Translations under genes and position numbers: made by a program
Notes under the pieces: generated by a model
Databases searched by the model: none
What the model was told of the DNA's origin: nothing
The model's input: the letters and a program-made list of their open reading frames with translations, nothing else
Shown here: piece by piece, positions 1 through 10,351 of the stretch
Position numbering within the stretch: the first letter of the stretch is position 1
Layout: each line of letters begins with the position of its first letter
Origin: Candidatus Brocadiia bacterium
GTDB taxonomy: Bacteria; Planctomycetota; MHYJ01; JACQXL01
Assembly (NCBI GenBank): GCA_041658285.1
Contig: JBBAAP010000002.1
Span: 44,252-108,251, forward strand
Direction: 5' to 3'
Length of the DNA: 64,000 nt

Positions 1-167
1 ATATTTCCGAAAGCCGAAGATATTACCAAGAAGATATCATCGATCCGCCGGTAGTCCTGGAGAAAAAAGGATTGATAAAGGTACCAGATAGCATCGGGCT
101 GGGCGCTCAGGTTATAAAATCTCGCCTGAATAAATACGTGGTGAACAAACTGACTAAAAAGCTCTAA
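1..167 (+). CDS. 3' fragment of an enolase-superfamily (mandelate racemase / muconate-lactonizing enzyme-like) gene, truncated by the window edge
   Basis: Frame 3 is open from the window edge to TAA at 165-167. It translates to ...YYQEDIIDPPVVLEKKGLIKVPDSIGLGAQVIKSRLNKYVVNKLTKKL, and the VPDxxGLG C-terminal tail is typical of MR/MLE enzymes. Confidence 0.4.
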   Translation, partial: ISESRRYYQEDIIDPPVVLEKKGLIKVPDSIGLGAQVIKSRLNKYVVNKLTKKL

Positions 168-178
168 GGTCGCCCTGA

Positions 179-1735
179 TTATTTATCGTCAGACTCATCT
201 GCTTTACCGATCTCACCCTTGGTTGGATGGAGATACCAAATATCATTTACCAAAACCCATAATTGCTTTTGAGGTGCCTGTTGTACGGCATTAGCCTGAT
301 CCGATTTAATTAAAAGTATAATATTGACTTCGGCCCATCGGGTATTTCCCGGCATCATTTCTTTTATCCCCGGGTGCCAGTCTTTGGGCATAATAACAGA
401 CTTATCTTGTTTAAACCCCACCAGTTTTACCCCCTGCACTTCGGCCCAGGTAAATTGGAGTTGGAGCAACTTCTTTAAACGCTGTTTTAAGGCGTCTTCG
501 GATAATCGCGCCCTCAAGGCCTTTTTTAGTCCGTCAAATATAATGGGATTAAAATACGGAATTGCATCATCATAACGCCGATCTATCAAAATACCGCAGA
601 ATTCCGACACGCGTTTATCAAGAGCTTCCTTCGTTTGGTCAATTTCCATAGCCGGTTCTTTGGGTTTTACGGTAACAGTCGATAACTCGGTTAAACCTTT
701 CCCTTTTGGATTAATGCCCTTGCGCGTTTCCATGTAAGCCAGCATTAATCCAATGATAACAGCCGTAATTGCGGCTCCGACCATATACCAAACCATACCA
801 CGCGATTTATTTTTCGGTGCGGGTTTATCGATATCAGAAGCCGCCAATAAAGTCTTGCTCGAAAAACTGTTATCCGTCGCGATCCCCGAGCCAATAATCA
901 TATCAAGATCTGACATCAGTTCATTACAATTCTGGTAACGCTTATCAGGGTTTTTAGCCATCATTTTATTTATAATCAGACAAACCTCTTCGGGCAATTC
1001 CGGAGCCAGCTTACGCGGGTCAACGTGCTGTTTATTGATGTGCTGCATTATAACCGCCACCGGGGTATCACCTTCAAAAGGCCTCTGCCCTGTTAGTGCA
1101 TAATAATATGTAACGCCCAAAGAGTATATATCCGCCCGGCCGTCAACTGACATGCTCTGAGCCTGTTCGGGCGCCAAATAATGCGGTGTCCCCAGGATGT
1201 CGCCCGGCTGGGAAAGGTGGCTGGCCACGTCCAAAACCCGGGCCAAGCCGAAATCCATAAGCTTAACCTCGCCGTCATAATTAACCATGATATTTTCCGG
1301 CTTGACATCCCGATGTATTATACCTTTATGGTGAGCAACCCCCAAAGCCTTGGCCATATCACGAATAATCCTGGTTGCCTCAAGTACAGGCAATTTACCG
1401 CAGCCGCGAAGTATTTTAGCCATAGTCTCGCCCTGGGCAAATTGCATGATGATGAAATATATCTCTGGCTCGCCGGCCTGTTCGGCCGGGGCTTTTCCGA
1501 CATTGAGTATCTGAACAATATTGGAATGCTCCAGCTGGGCCGCGGCCCGGGCTTCGCGGACAAAGCGCTTTACCCGTTCCGGTTCGCGGGCAAACGAAGG
1601 CGGAAGTATTTTAACCGCTACTGTTTTATTAAGTCCCAGATGATGAGCTTTATAAACCGTGCCCATACCGCCGGCCCCGACCTTGACAATCAGCCGGCAG
1701 CCGCCGACGACCTTATTAATGATAGCATCTTCCAT
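179..1735 (-). CDS. Hanks-type serine/threonine protein kinase with one TM helix and a C-terminal extracytoplasmic domain
   Basis: It has a glycine loop GAGGMGTVYKA, the catalytic loop HRDVKPENIM, DFGLAR and the APE motif. A hydrophobic segment WYMVGAAITAVIIGLMLAY is followed by about 180 aa of soluble C-terminus. Confidence 0.85.
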   Translation of the reverse strand: MEDAIINKVVGGCRLIVKVGAGGMGTVYKAHHLGLNKTVAVKILPPSFAREPERVKRFVREARAAAQLEHSNIVQILNVGKAPAEQAGEPEIYFIIMQFAQGETMAKILRGCGKLPVLEATRIIRDMAKALGVAHHKGIIHRDVKPENIMVNYDGEVKLMDFGLARVLDVASHLSQPGDILGTPHYLAPEQAQSMSVDGRADIYSLGVTYYYALTGQRPFEGDTPVAVIMQHINKQHVDPRKLAPELPEEVCLIINKMMAKNPDKRYQNCNELMSDLDMIIGSGIATDNSFSSKTLLAASDIDKPAPKNKSRGMVWYMVGAAITAVIIGLMLAYMETRKGINPKGKGLTELSTVTVKPKEPAMEIDQTKEALDKRVSEFCGILIDRRYDDAIPYFNPIIFDGLKKALRARLSEDALKQRLKKLLQLQFTWAEVQGVKLVGFKQDKSVIMPKDWHPGIKEMMPGNTRWAEVNIILLIKSDQANAVQQAPQKQLWVLVNDIWYLHPTKGEIGKADESDDK

Positions 1736-1762
1736 TGTCTAATATAACGCTCTAAGCCATGA

Positions 1763-2128
1763 CTATATTTTATTAGCAGTAAATACTTTTTCGAAATCGA
1801 ACCCGTTCTTAAAATCTTCCCGAGAATCCTTCTCGGTTTTACCCAGCAGCCCGTTTTCGACCAAGTTAAATACTATCTCACCGAAATCCTCTGATGTGCG
1901 AACACCCCAGGTGTAAAAAACGGTCTTGCCCATCGGGCCGAATTGCTCCAACGCATAATCACGTATACCTTCCAGTAATTCCTGGCCGGTCACATGCCGG
2001 CGTTCGCCGATGCGTTTTATGGTGTATTCTAACGCCTCATAGACAAAAGCATATGCCTCTCGAGCATAGCGGGCGTCCTTTTTCAGAATTGAGGCCAGTT
2101 CTTCAGATTTGTCTTCCATTAAAGGCAA
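1763..2128 (-). CDS. Conserved hypothetical protein (121 aa, acidic)
   Basis: This is a clean ORF lying between the kinase and metG. I recognise no catalytic motif. Confidence 0.35.
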   Translation of the reverse strand: MPLMEDKSEELASILKKDARYAREAYAFVYEALEYTIKRIGERRHVTGQELLEGIRDYALEQFGPMGKTVFYTWGVRTSEDFGEIVFNLVENGLLGKTEKDSREDFKNGFDFEKVFTANKI

Positions 2129-2171
2129 GTATATTCCGAAACAGATTAAATGTCAAAATAAATCCATCCGC

Positions 2172-3728
2172 TTAAACAATGGCTTCGCCGGCATCTTCAA
2201 TCCGCGGGAATAACGCCACGCCCTTACTGGTCTTCAGGCCTTCCGATAAACCGCCCCACTGTAAATCCTGAGGCATCTTGGGTACCGCACCGGCCAGACC
2301 CAGCTGCAGAATGATTGACTTAGCCGTATCCGGCATAAACGGCGCTATCAAAACTGCGACAATCCTGATAGTTTCGGCAAGCGTATACATTACCTGCGGT
2401 AATTCCGGAGATTTATTTTTAGCCATCGTCCACGGCTTGGCCACATCTATAAATTTATTGCTTTCCCTGATTATGGACCATATCTCTTCCAACGCCAGGT
2501 GAAATTCTAACCTGTCCAGATGCTCCATGACCATTTCCGCCTTGAGCACATCACCGTGTTTGTGCACGCCGCAGGAACCAACCCTGGCCGTGAATTTAGG
2601 GTCTGATTTGGTGGGAATCTTGCCGTCAAAGTATTTTTCCAGCATGGTCAGCGTCCTAAGAAGCAGATTACCCAGATCATTCCCGAGTTCATTATTATAC
2701 CGGCTGTAAAGCGCCGGATATGAAAAATCACCGTCCAGCCCGAAAGGAATCTCTTTCATTAAAAAATACCGTAAACCATCAATGCCCACCTTGGCAATCA
2801 CATCCGCCGGATAAATCACGTTGCCTTTTGACTTGGAAATCTTGTCGCGGTTCATGGTCCACCATCCGTGAGCAAAAACCTTTTTAGGAAGCGGTAATCC
2901 GGCTGACATCAGCAGGCATGGCCATATCACCGAATGAAACCACAGGATATCTTTGGCAATAAGATGAACATCAGCCGGCCAAAATTCCCGATACTTACCC
3001 TGCTCGTTTGGATAACCCAATGCCGAAATGTAGTTTATCAAAGCGTCAAACCAGACCCAAATAACCTGCGACGGGTCATTAGGCAACGGGATACCCCATT
3101 CCAACTCCGCCCGGCTGACGCTGACGTCCTCCATGCCTGATTCTACCCTGTTGAATATCTCGTTATACCGGTACGATGGCTCGATAAACTGGGGATTATT
3201 CTTCAAGTGCTCAAGCAGTTTGCCCTGATATTTGCTGAGTTTGAAGAAATAGTTCTCCTCTTCAAAGTATTCGCCTTCGCGCTGGCAAACCGGGCATTTC
3301 TTGTCCGGAGATTCCTTCAGAGAAATATATCTTTCGCACGGTGAGCAATACCAGCCGGAATATTTGCCCTTATAGATATCACCGTTCTGGTGTATCTTCT
3401 GAAACAAAGCCTTAACCGCACTCTCATGCGCCGGGTCAGTCGTCCGGATAAAAAAGTCGTATGAAAGGTTAAGCCTCTTCCAGGCCTCCTTGAATTTAGG
3501 CGCTAATCTATCGGTAAATTCTTTTGGACTCAAACCGGTCTGCTGGGCCGCCCGGGCTATCTTCTGTCCATGCTCATCTGTACCGGTCAGAAAAAACACA
3601 TCGTCCCCGCACATACGCCTGTATCGGGCCATCACGTCTGCCGCAATGGTAGTATATGCCGTGCCTATGTGCGGCTCGGCATTCAAGTAATATATCGGAG
3701 TGGTAATGTAAAATTTCTTATTTGACAT
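2172..3728 (-). CDS. metG: Methionine--tRNA ligase
   Basis: It has the class I HIGH motif (PHIGTAYT), KISKSKGN (KMSKS) and a zinc knuckle CSPCERY...CPVCQ, in a length typical for a MetRS core. Confidence 0.9.
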   Translation of the reverse strand: MSNKKFYITTPIYYLNAEPHIGTAYTTIAADVMARYRRMCGDDVFFLTGTDEHGQKIARAAQQTGLSPKEFTDRLAPKFKEAWKRLNLSYDFFIRTTDPAHESAVKALFQKIHQNGDIYKGKYSGWYCSPCERYISLKESPDKKCPVCQREGEYFEEENYFFKLSKYQGKLLEHLKNNPQFIEPSYRYNEIFNRVESGMEDVSVSRAELEWGIPLPNDPSQVIWVWFDALINYISALGYPNEQGKYREFWPADVHLIAKDILWFHSVIWPCLLMSAGLPLPKKVFAHGWWTMNRDKISKSKGNVIYPADVIAKVGIDGLRYFLMKEIPFGLDGDFSYPALYSRYNNELGNDLGNLLLRTLTMLEKYFDGKIPTKSDPKFTARVGSCGVHKHGDVLKAEMVMEHLDRLEFHLALEEIWSIIRESNKFIDVAKPWTMAKNKSPELPQVMYTLAETIRIVAVLIAPFMPDTAKSIILQLGLAGAVPKMPQDLQWGGLSEGLKTSKGVALFPRIEDAGEAIV

Positions 3729-4659
3729 TGGTATCGTTCTTCCCGGGTTCTTTTTCCTGAACCTTAAGGGTCGGCTGCTTCATAATCTCAAGTATCTCAT
3801 CAGCTGTAACCTTTATTTTATCGCCGTTAGCAATCTCAACAAGAACGGATTGACTGAGCAAGTCTACGTTGATTATCTCTCCCGTTCCTTTGGGGGTCCT
3901 GACAACAGCGCCTTTTCTGGGCAACTGGGTTTTAAGCTCGTTATAGAAAGCGTCCTCGAATCGCAGGCAACACATCAAACGACCACAATAACCTGAAATC
4001 TTGGTCGGATCCAGCGTCGTCTTCTGGGTTTTAGCCATCCTCATAGTCACGGGCTCAAGTTCCTTAACACAAGTCTTGCAACAAAGTTCATGCCCGCAAT
4101 GACCGACATCACCCAGCAGACGCGCCTCATCACGCACGCCGACCTGGTGCATCTCAATCCGCGTGCGGTATTCCTTGGCCAGTTCCTTGACAAGTTCCCT
4201 AAAATCAATACGGCCTTCGGCCATAAAATAGAATACTATCTTCTCCCCGCCCAGCAGGTATTCTACATAAACAATATTTATAGGCAGGTTAAATGCCTTG
4301 GCTTTTTCGGCGCAAAACTTTAATGCGGCCGGTTTTTTTTCCTTCTCTATCTTCTTAAGCTCTTCTAAATCCTGTACCGACAGCTTGCGCAAAATCTCAC
4401 CCATCCGGATCTGTGTCGACTGAGGCGCCGGCGAAGGTTGTGACGGAGCGGCCGAATTTACTGCCGGTTGCGCCTGCTGATTTGGAATGCCTGCCGACTG
4501 GAGCGGCTGCACCAGCTCCGGCTGGGACATGACCGTGCCGATTTCAGTACCCCGGTCGGTCCTGATAACACACTTGTCGCCCAGCTTCAGTCCCGGGACA
4601 TTCCCGTTAAAATTAGAAATCAGCTGTTCCGCGCCATAACGAATCGTTATTAACCACAT
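3718..4659 (-). CDS. yaaT: PSP1 domain protein (RicT/YaaT family)
   Basis: It has the PSP1 signature GYCGRLMCCLRFE and HCGHELCCKTC. It sits at the conserved position next to holB and tmk. Confidence 0.7.
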   Translation of the reverse strand: MWLITIRYGAEQLISNFNGNVPGLKLGDKCVIRTDRGTEIGTVMSQPELVQPLQSAGIPNQQAQPAVNSAAPSQPSPAPQSTQIRMGEILRKLSVQDLEELKKIEKEKKPAALKFCAEKAKAFNLPINIVYVEYLLGGEKIVFYFMAEGRIDFRELVKELAKEYRTRIEMHQVGVRDEARLLGDVGHCGHELCCKTCVKELEPVTMRMAKTQKTTLDPTKISGYCGRLMCCLRFEDAFYNELKTQLPRKGAVVRTPKGTGEIINVDLLSQSVLVEIANGDKIKVTADEILEIMKQPTLKVQEKEPGKNDTNVK

Positions 4660-4664
4660 ATTTA

Positions 4665-5705
4665 TTATGAAGCCTTTCTTAACAGCCTGCTGACATTAAG
4701 CAGGATGTTTTCCGTCACTAAAGTTATGTTGGCATTAAGCCTGATATATTGCTCGCCGGCCAGTATCTGCTCTATGGCCAAGCGCACTGAATCAGTATTA
4801 ACCGCCTTGTACCATTTCTTGATCTCTCCAGCCTTATCCTGATTAATTACAAATATATCTTTTATATAACCGGATAGCAATATATCTCGGAGAAAAAGTC
4901 CTATCATTTTGAATTGCTGGATAATCTTTTCCCTCTGTTTTTCCATCGAGGCATTTCCGGACTTGGCATAATCCATCATCCCAAATGAAATATCCTGAAA
5001 CGGGTTATCAGCGCACAGGCTGTCTATCAGCCATTTGCGCTGGTCCAGAATGTTACTTGAATGTATCCTCATACCGCTGCCGATGCTGCCATCCGAAAGA
5101 TAAGCCAGCAGCCTGGCTTCGGGCTGGGTCACTTTAAGGTTGTCCGTAAAAAACTTCTCCAATATTACCTGCTTTATCGGGTAAAAATGAATCGTCTGGC
5201 ATCTCGATACCACCGTGGGAAGAATTGATTCCGGATGCGCCGTAACCAGTATGAAAATACAATCCTTGGGCGGCTCCTCCAGTGATTTTAACAGCGCGTT
5301 GGCTGCGTCCTGATCCATCCGGTCGGCATCGTTGAATATGAATATCCGGCTGCCGGTGATAAACGGCCTCATGGCGATTTCATCCTCCACCTGGCGTACC
5401 GTATCTATAGATATGGTCTGTTTGTCTTCAGGAACTTCGTTTACGTGCAGGTTGGGATGAGCCCCTTTTTCCGCCCAGTTGCATGACCGGCATTGGCCAA
5501 CCGCCCGGCTGGCCCGTTCGGACGGGCATCCCGTGCCTTTGTCGCATAACAATACCCTGGCCAGCGCCAGGGCGAAATGAAGCTTGCCCACGCCCTCCGG
5601 CCCGGCGAAAAGATACGTATGCCCCAAACGCTTTGAATCTATCGCCTTGCTAAATATCTCCGCGGCCGGTTCCTGTCCAATAACACCGCTGAATCCTTTA
5701 TTCAT
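4665..5705 (-). CDS. holB: DNA polymerase III subunit delta'
   Basis: It has an AAA+ clamp-loader fold with GPEGVGK, a zinc module CPSERASRAVGQCRSC and SRC. It sits in tmk-holB synteny. Confidence 0.8.
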   Translation of the reverse strand: MNKGFSGVIGQEPAAEIFSKAIDSKRLGHTYLFAGPEGVGKLHFALALARVLLCDKGTGCPSERASRAVGQCRSCNWAEKGAHPNLHVNEVPEDKQTISIDTVRQVEDEIAMRPFITGSRIFIFNDADRMDQDAANALLKSLEEPPKDCIFILVTAHPESILPTVVSRCQTIHFYPIKQVILEKFFTDNLKVTQPEARLLAYLSDGSIGSGMRIHSSNILDQRKWLIDSLCADNPFQDISFGMMDYAKSGNASMEKQREKIIQQFKMIGLFLRDILLSGYIKDIFVINQDKAGEIKKWYKAVNTDSVRLAIEQILAGEQYIRLNANITLVTENILLNVSRLLRKAS

Positions 5706-5710
5706 ATATA

Positions 5711-6352
5711 TTATTTTAACCGCAGTTTCCTAGCCACGATATTTACCAGCTCTTTATGGACCTGGCTGACCGGCCGGTCCGCGTCAATCAGCGCCGAATT
5801 TGCGCCCGAACGGCCCAGCGCCCTGAAACCCAGCCGGACCTTGCGGTGGAAAGCCAGTTTTTTCCTCTCCATCCGGTCAAACGAGCTCCTGACGCCTTTC
5901 TTGATCCGGTTCAATCCAGCATCAGACTTGATATCCAAAATAACCAGGGCGTCCGGCTTCAGTCCGCACGTGGCGATCTCGCACATTTGCATTATGCTGT
6001 TGCGGTTGATTCCTCCGCCGTAACCCTGATAAGCGATGGTTGATGACAGGAACCTGTCCGCGATAACGGTTTTGCCCAGCCGTAATGCCGGTATGATGAC
6101 ATCGGCCACCAGTTGCGCCCGGCTGGCCATATACAGGAAAAGCTCCGTTTCCGGAGTCATCCGCTTATTGCGCGTATCCAGCAGTATCCGCCTGATCTGT
6201 TCGCTGATGGCGGTCGAGCCCGGTTCGCGCACCACACAAACATTATGGCCGCGGCGCTTCAGGTAACCGGCCAGCAGCTTCACCTGGGTCGATTTACCTG
6301 AACCATCCGGGCCGTCTATGACAATAAACTTTCCCTGTTTCATATTAATCAA
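5711..6352 (-). CDS. tmk: Thymidylate kinase
   Basis: It has the P-loop IVIDGPDGSGKST, a DR motif and a LID region. Confidence 0.9.
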   Translation of the reverse strand: MINMKQGKFIVIDGPDGSGKSTQVKLLAGYLKRRGHNVCVVREPGSTAISEQIRRILLDTRNKRMTPETELFLYMASRAQLVADVIIPALRLGKTVIADRFLSSTIAYQGYGGGINRNSIMQMCEIATCGLKPDALVILDIKSDAGLNRIKKGVRSSFDRMERKKLAFHRKVRLGFRALGRSGANSALIDADRPVSQVHKELVNIVARKLRLK

Positions 6353-6393
6353 TAAAAATTACTTACAACACCCATAAAGTCAAGTATTTTCTC

Positions 6394-6421
6394 TTGACGC
6401 CGGTTGCAAAAAGAATAAAAT
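6394..6421 (+). promoter_or_regulatory. Sigma70-like promoter upstream of ruvC (TTGACG-N16-TAAAAT), with a very short leader
   Basis: TTGACG lies at 6394-6399 and TAAAAT at 6416-6421. The ATG is at 6431, which suggests a near-leaderless transcript. Confidence 0.35.
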
Positions 6422-6430
6422 AGCGCGGAA

Positions 6431-6919
6431 ATGAATCAAAGAATACTCGGCATTGACCCGGGCACGCTGGTAGTCGGATACTGCATCCTTGATATAACCG
6501 GCATTAATAACAAATCCCGGATTGTCGAATACGGCATAGTCAAAGCCTCCACTAAAGATAACAAAGATTTAGGAAGCCGGCTTAACAAGATATACCAGGA
6601 ACTAACCGAGATAATCAAGCTCCACAAACCGACCGCGATGGCGCTGGAAAACGTCTTCTACGCCAAGGACGTCCAGGCAATGGTCAAGCTGGGCGAAGGC
6701 CGGGCCATCGCTATCCTGGCCGCGGCGCAAGCCGGTATCCCCCTCTTTGAATACTCGCCGGCCGAGGTCAAGAAGTCCGTCACCGGCAACGGCCGGGCCG
6801 ATAAGACCCAGGTGGCCGAGATGGTCAAGCACATCCTGGGATTATCCGAAATTCCCAAACCGGCTGACGCCTCCGACGCCATCGCCATCGCTCTCTGCCA
6901 TACCCATCGAACTCTCTAA
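6431..6919 (+). CDS. ruvC: Crossover junction endodeoxyribonuclease RuvC
   Basis: ILGIDPGTLVVGYCIL is the RNase H-like fold with the catalytic Asp. The 162 aa length is typical. Confidence 0.85.
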   Translation: MNQRILGIDPGTLVVGYCILDITGINNKSRIVEYGIVKASTKDNKDLGSRLNKIYQELTEIIKLHKPTAMALENVFYAKDVQAMVKLGEGRAIAILAAAQAGIPLFEYSPAEVKKSVTGNGRADKTQVAEMVKHILGLSEIPKPADASDAIAIALCHTHRTL

Positions 6920-7045
6920 CCACTGAAGGCACTGAAATCACTGAATTCAATCTTGATCTGTGGCTCCGTGGTTATCTTCCTTCCCCTAAAAAATAATTAT
7001 TCGCGCTTTCGTGTAGATTCGTGTTCATTCGTGGTTAAATTTGGC

Positions 7046-7816
7046 TCAGCGGCGTTGCCGCATCACCTCGGCCAGCACGATGGCCGTAGAATGGCTCAAT
7101 GACAGGGACGGCACTTCTTTTGGATTTGCGTGTTTATCCGGATTAAGCGGCATGGGAATGGTGAAAAATCCGCTGCATAATTCCCTGAGCGCACCGGACA
7201 ACCCGCGTTTTTCGCCACCCAACGCCATTACCACCGGCCCGGTGAAATCGATGTCATACATCGTCCGCCGTACCCGGGGCATCGCACCGAAAACCTTGAG
7301 ACCGGATTTCTTCAGTTCGGGCAGGATATCGGATTCCCTTTCCACCTTGACTAACGGCATCCATTCATAAACGCCGGCCGAGGCGCGCGAAACGGCCAGC
7401 TGGTCGAAATTCCAGATATGCTTCTTCAGCAAGACCGCGTCCACGCCTATCGCCCCGGCCGTGCGGAGGATGAATCCCAGGTTCTGCTCGTCTTCAACGC
7501 CTTCCAATAACAGCAGGAACGGAGACACTTTTGACTTCTTTACCAAAGTCAGCAATTCCTCCGGCTTGGTCAGCGGCCTGTTTGAAGCAAGCGCAATCAG
7601 GCCGGCGTGAGTGCCGCCCTTGCTCATCTTGTCCAGCTCTTCCGGCGAACAGGTCTTGACCGGCACGCCCTGCTGTTCGGCCAAAGCAATGACATCCTGC
7701 GTCTTCTCGCGATGAGCGCTCCAGGACACCAGAATCAATTCAAACCTTCTCTGGCGCGCCTGTAACGCCGAAAGAATACACTGTCTGCCTTCAAGTTGTT
7801 CTGACATATCAATCAA
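7046..7816 (-). CDS. TrmH/SpoU-family RNA 2'-O-methyltransferase (RlmB-like)
   Basis: The SPOUT motifs are LLLLEGVEDEQNLGFILRTAGAIGVDAVLL and ALGGEKRGL. Confidence 0.75.
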   Translation of the reverse strand: MIDMSEQLEGRQCILSALQARQRRFELILVSWSAHREKTQDVIALAEQQGVPVKTCSPEELDKMSKGGTHAGLIALASNRPLTKPEELLTLVKKSKVSPFLLLLEGVEDEQNLGFILRTAGAIGVDAVLLKKHIWNFDQLAVSRASAGVYEWMPLVKVERESDILPELKKSGLKVFGAMPRVRRTMYDIDFTGPVVMALGGEKRGLSGALRELCSGFFTIPMPLNPDKHANPKEVPSLSLSHSTAIVLAEVMRQRR

Positions 7817-7993
7817 TCATCGCATTCTTTTATCCGGCTGTCAAGCTTAGCCACGGATTAACACGGATGAATTACAAACACTAATGCACTCGAATAGACA
7901 CAAATAATTTATTATTTTCACTATTTCGGTCTTTCGTGGTCGAAATTAATCTTAATCAATGGCCTCCGTGTCCTCTGTGGCTGAATTGAGCAG

Positions 7994-8947
7994 CTATTTG
8001 GACTTGCCCGACCTGGGATGTGCTTTGTCGTAGACCTCTTTGAGCCGGGTAGTGGTGACGTGGGTATATATCTGGGTGGTAGAGATGCTCCGATGGCCAA
8101 GCAATTCCTGGACGCCGCGCAAATCGGCGCCGTGGTCCAACAGGTGCGTGGCAAACGTATGGCGTAAAGTATGCGGCGATATCTTGCGGTTATTCAGGCC
8201 GCTCAACCCGGCATAAAGCGTGATATTACGCCGGATGCTCCGGTCCGTCAGGTGTGCCGATTTGTGCCGGCTGTGGCTGACGAACAGAAACGAATTCAGT
8301 TCGACCGATTCGCCGCTGATTTGTTTGCGCTCGCTTAGATATTTCTCAATGGCCTTGACGGCGTAACTGCCGATGGGCACCAGCCGTTCCTTTTTCCCCT
8401 TGCCCAGCACATGAGCCACCGAGCTGGACAAATCCACATCCTTGATGCGCAGGTTGGCTATCTCGCTGACCCGCACCCCGCTGCTGTAAAGGAACTCCAT
8501 AATCGCCTCGTCCCGCAGTCCGATGATGCCCGTAGCATAAGCCTTTTTGCCCCTGATGACAGCCAGAGGCTCGAGCAGCATCTTGTTCATCTCCTGCTCG
8601 CTCAGGAACTCCGGTATCTTTTTGTCCAACCGCGGCTGGCGTATCAGAACCATCGGGTTACTTTCGATAAAACGGTTCTGAAGCAAGTACTTAAAAAACG
8701 ATTTAAGCGCGGCAATCTTGCGGGCGATGGACGCCTTCTGCAGGTTCACCTCCCGCATATGGAGCAGATAACTCCGAAGGGTCAGGTTGTCAATGGCCTT
8801 GGGGTCAGGGAAAACTTTGGCGTTACTGCTTTTGGCCACGAAGGTGATGAATTGGTCCAAGTCCTTGGCGTAAGCCCGGAGCGTTTCCGGCGAGTAATTC
8901 CGGTTGTATTGCAGGTGTTCCAGGAAATTCTTAACGTAATCGGCCAT
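7994..8947 (-). CDS. xerC: Tyrosine recombinase XerC/XerD
   Basis: The N-terminal core-binding region is LRAYAKDL. The C-terminal catalytic region is HTLRHTFATHLL...LLGHRSISTTQIYTHV with the catalytic Tyr. Confidence 0.8.
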   Translation of the reverse strand: MADYVKNFLEHLQYNRNYSPETLRAYAKDLDQFITFVAKSSNAKVFPDPKAIDNLTLRSYLLHMREVNLQKASIARKIAALKSFFKYLLQNRFIESNPMVLIRQPRLDKKIPEFLSEQEMNKMLLEPLAVIRGKKAYATGIIGLRDEAIMEFLYSSGVRVSEIANLRIKDVDLSSSVAHVLGKGKKERLVPIGSYAVKAIEKYLSERKQISGESVELNSFLFVSHSRHKSAHLTDRSIRRNITLYAGLSGLNNRKISPHTLRHTFATHLLDHGADLRGVQELLGHRSISTTQIYTHVTTTRLKEVYDKAHPRSGKSK

Positions 8948-9111
8948 AAATATTCTTACTGCCGGTCTTCGATTCTCAGTTATCTTATCGGCAAAAACAG
9001 CCGGTCCGGCTCAGGAATTAGCCGTAAACCAAAATCCGCCGGAACGGCCCGGCGCCATTCCTGCATTAAACGCGCTTTCGCAGAGATATCGGCAATAACC
9101 GGTATTTTTGC

Positions 9112-9140
9112 TTGACAAATTTAATAATATTAGCATTATG
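9112..9140 (+). promoter_or_regulatory. Sigma70-like promoter (TTGACA-N17-ATTATG) for the 9146 gene
   Basis: TTGACA lies at 9112-9117 and a -10-like hexamer about 17 nt downstream. The start codon follows about 5 nt after that. Confidence 0.3.
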
Positions 9141-9145
9141 CAACT

Positions 9146-10225
9146 ATGCGCAGGAAAATAATACTCGCCTTAGGATTGATTGCCTTAATCTCAACCAATA
9201 TAATCTTATCATCGGCCGATGATGCCGAGCTGGCCGGAGCCGTCTACCAATCCGGCCTGAACGCCTTTAAGCAAAACAAGTTCGATGATGCCGCCCAAAA
9301 ATTCGCCCGGGCGCTGGAATACAAAAGCGATTATACCGAGGCTATGTTCAAGCTGGCCGAGTGCCACGAAAAACTCCGTAATAGCCAGCAGGCCGTCCGG
9401 TATTACCGCCAATCGGCCCGGCAGGTTGCCTCCAAAACCGACTCCTCCACGGAAGAACGCAACATCCTCCAGCAATCGCGTAAAGTGCTTGAAAAACTCG
9501 ATGTCCGCGGCACCCAGTTCAATACCGCCAAATCCAAGCAAATTGACATCCTGCTCAAGATGGCCAACGACTGCGCCGGACGAAAGTACTTTGGCTTCGC
9601 CCGCAGGATTTACGAACAGATACTGATTATCGACCCCGGCAACAAAACCGCCGCCGACGCCATGGAAAAACTGGCCGCCGGCCAACCGGTCGAAAGCCCG
9701 GATTCCAAAACCGCCGGCAAGGCCAAATCAGTATTCAACGGCAAAAACCTGGACGGCTGGCAGTTCGACAGCAACATCTGGCTTAACCTCTGGTCTATCG
9801 AGGAAGGCTGCCTGGCATTCAACAAAAAACCCTTGTCGCCCAAGGCCGGACCCAGCCTCGAGCCCAGCGCCCTGAAACTCGCCGGACAACTGCCGGACAA
9901 CTACGTCATGTCAATGGAAATGTTCATCGAAAAGCGCCTGCCGTCCGCGCGCGAATGCTGTATCAGCTTCCTTTACGGCGAATCCAAAATACCACAGGGC
10001 CAGGCCAATATCATCACCATGCAACGGGCCAAGATAAACTTCGAAAAGACCGGCATCTGGGAAAAGATAAAATTTACCAAGAAAGGCAACGAATACGCCA
10101 TCGAAGGCGCCAACACCAAGAAATTCAACGGCGTCTTCGAACCCTACAATACCCAATGCATCGGCTTTTACATCCACGGCTTCGTCGTCAAAATCCGCAA
10201 TATCACCGTCAAGGAAACTCAATAG
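9146..10225 (+). CDS. Secreted protein with an N-terminal TPR-like helical region and a C-terminal DUF1080 (LamG-like jelly-roll / 3-keto-disaccharide hydrolase family) domain
   Basis: It has a signal peptide MRRKIILALGLIALIST, and KSVFNGKNLDGWQF...WSIEEGCLAF matches DUF1080-type proteins. Confidence 0.5.
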   Translation: MRRKIILALGLIALISTNIILSSADDAELAGAVYQSGLNAFKQNKFDDAAQKFARALEYKSDYTEAMFKLAECHEKLRNSQQAVRYYRQSARQVASKTDSSTEERNILQQSRKVLEKLDVRGTQFNTAKSKQIDILLKMANDCAGRKYFGFARRIYEQILIIDPGNKTAADAMEKLAAGQPVESPDSKTAGKAKSVFNGKNLDGWQFDSNIWLNLWSIEEGCLAFNKKPLSPKAGPSLEPSALKLAGQLPDNYVMSMEMFIEKRLPSARECCISFLYGESKIPQGQANIITMQRAKINFEKTGIWEKIKFTKKGNEYAIEGANTKKFNGVFEPYNTQCIGFYIHGFVVKIRNITVKETQ

Positions 10226-10351
10226 GATACTACCCACCAATAGAGTTTCCATCTTTTTTCATCCCTTCGTGCTTTCGTGGTAAAAAAAGGCTGGACTAAA
10301 AATAGTATTCTCTGTGTTCTCCGTGTCCTCAGTGGTTAAATAGCGGCACTC

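Noticed and set aside
7994-8947. Tyrosine recombinase as a marker of an integrative mobile element
   Set aside because: The sequence is Xer-like (LLGHRSISTTQIYTHV) and the flanks are housekeeping genes (spoU, ruvC). I saw no flanking direct repeats or cargo. It is called as the chromosomal dimer-resolution XerC/D.
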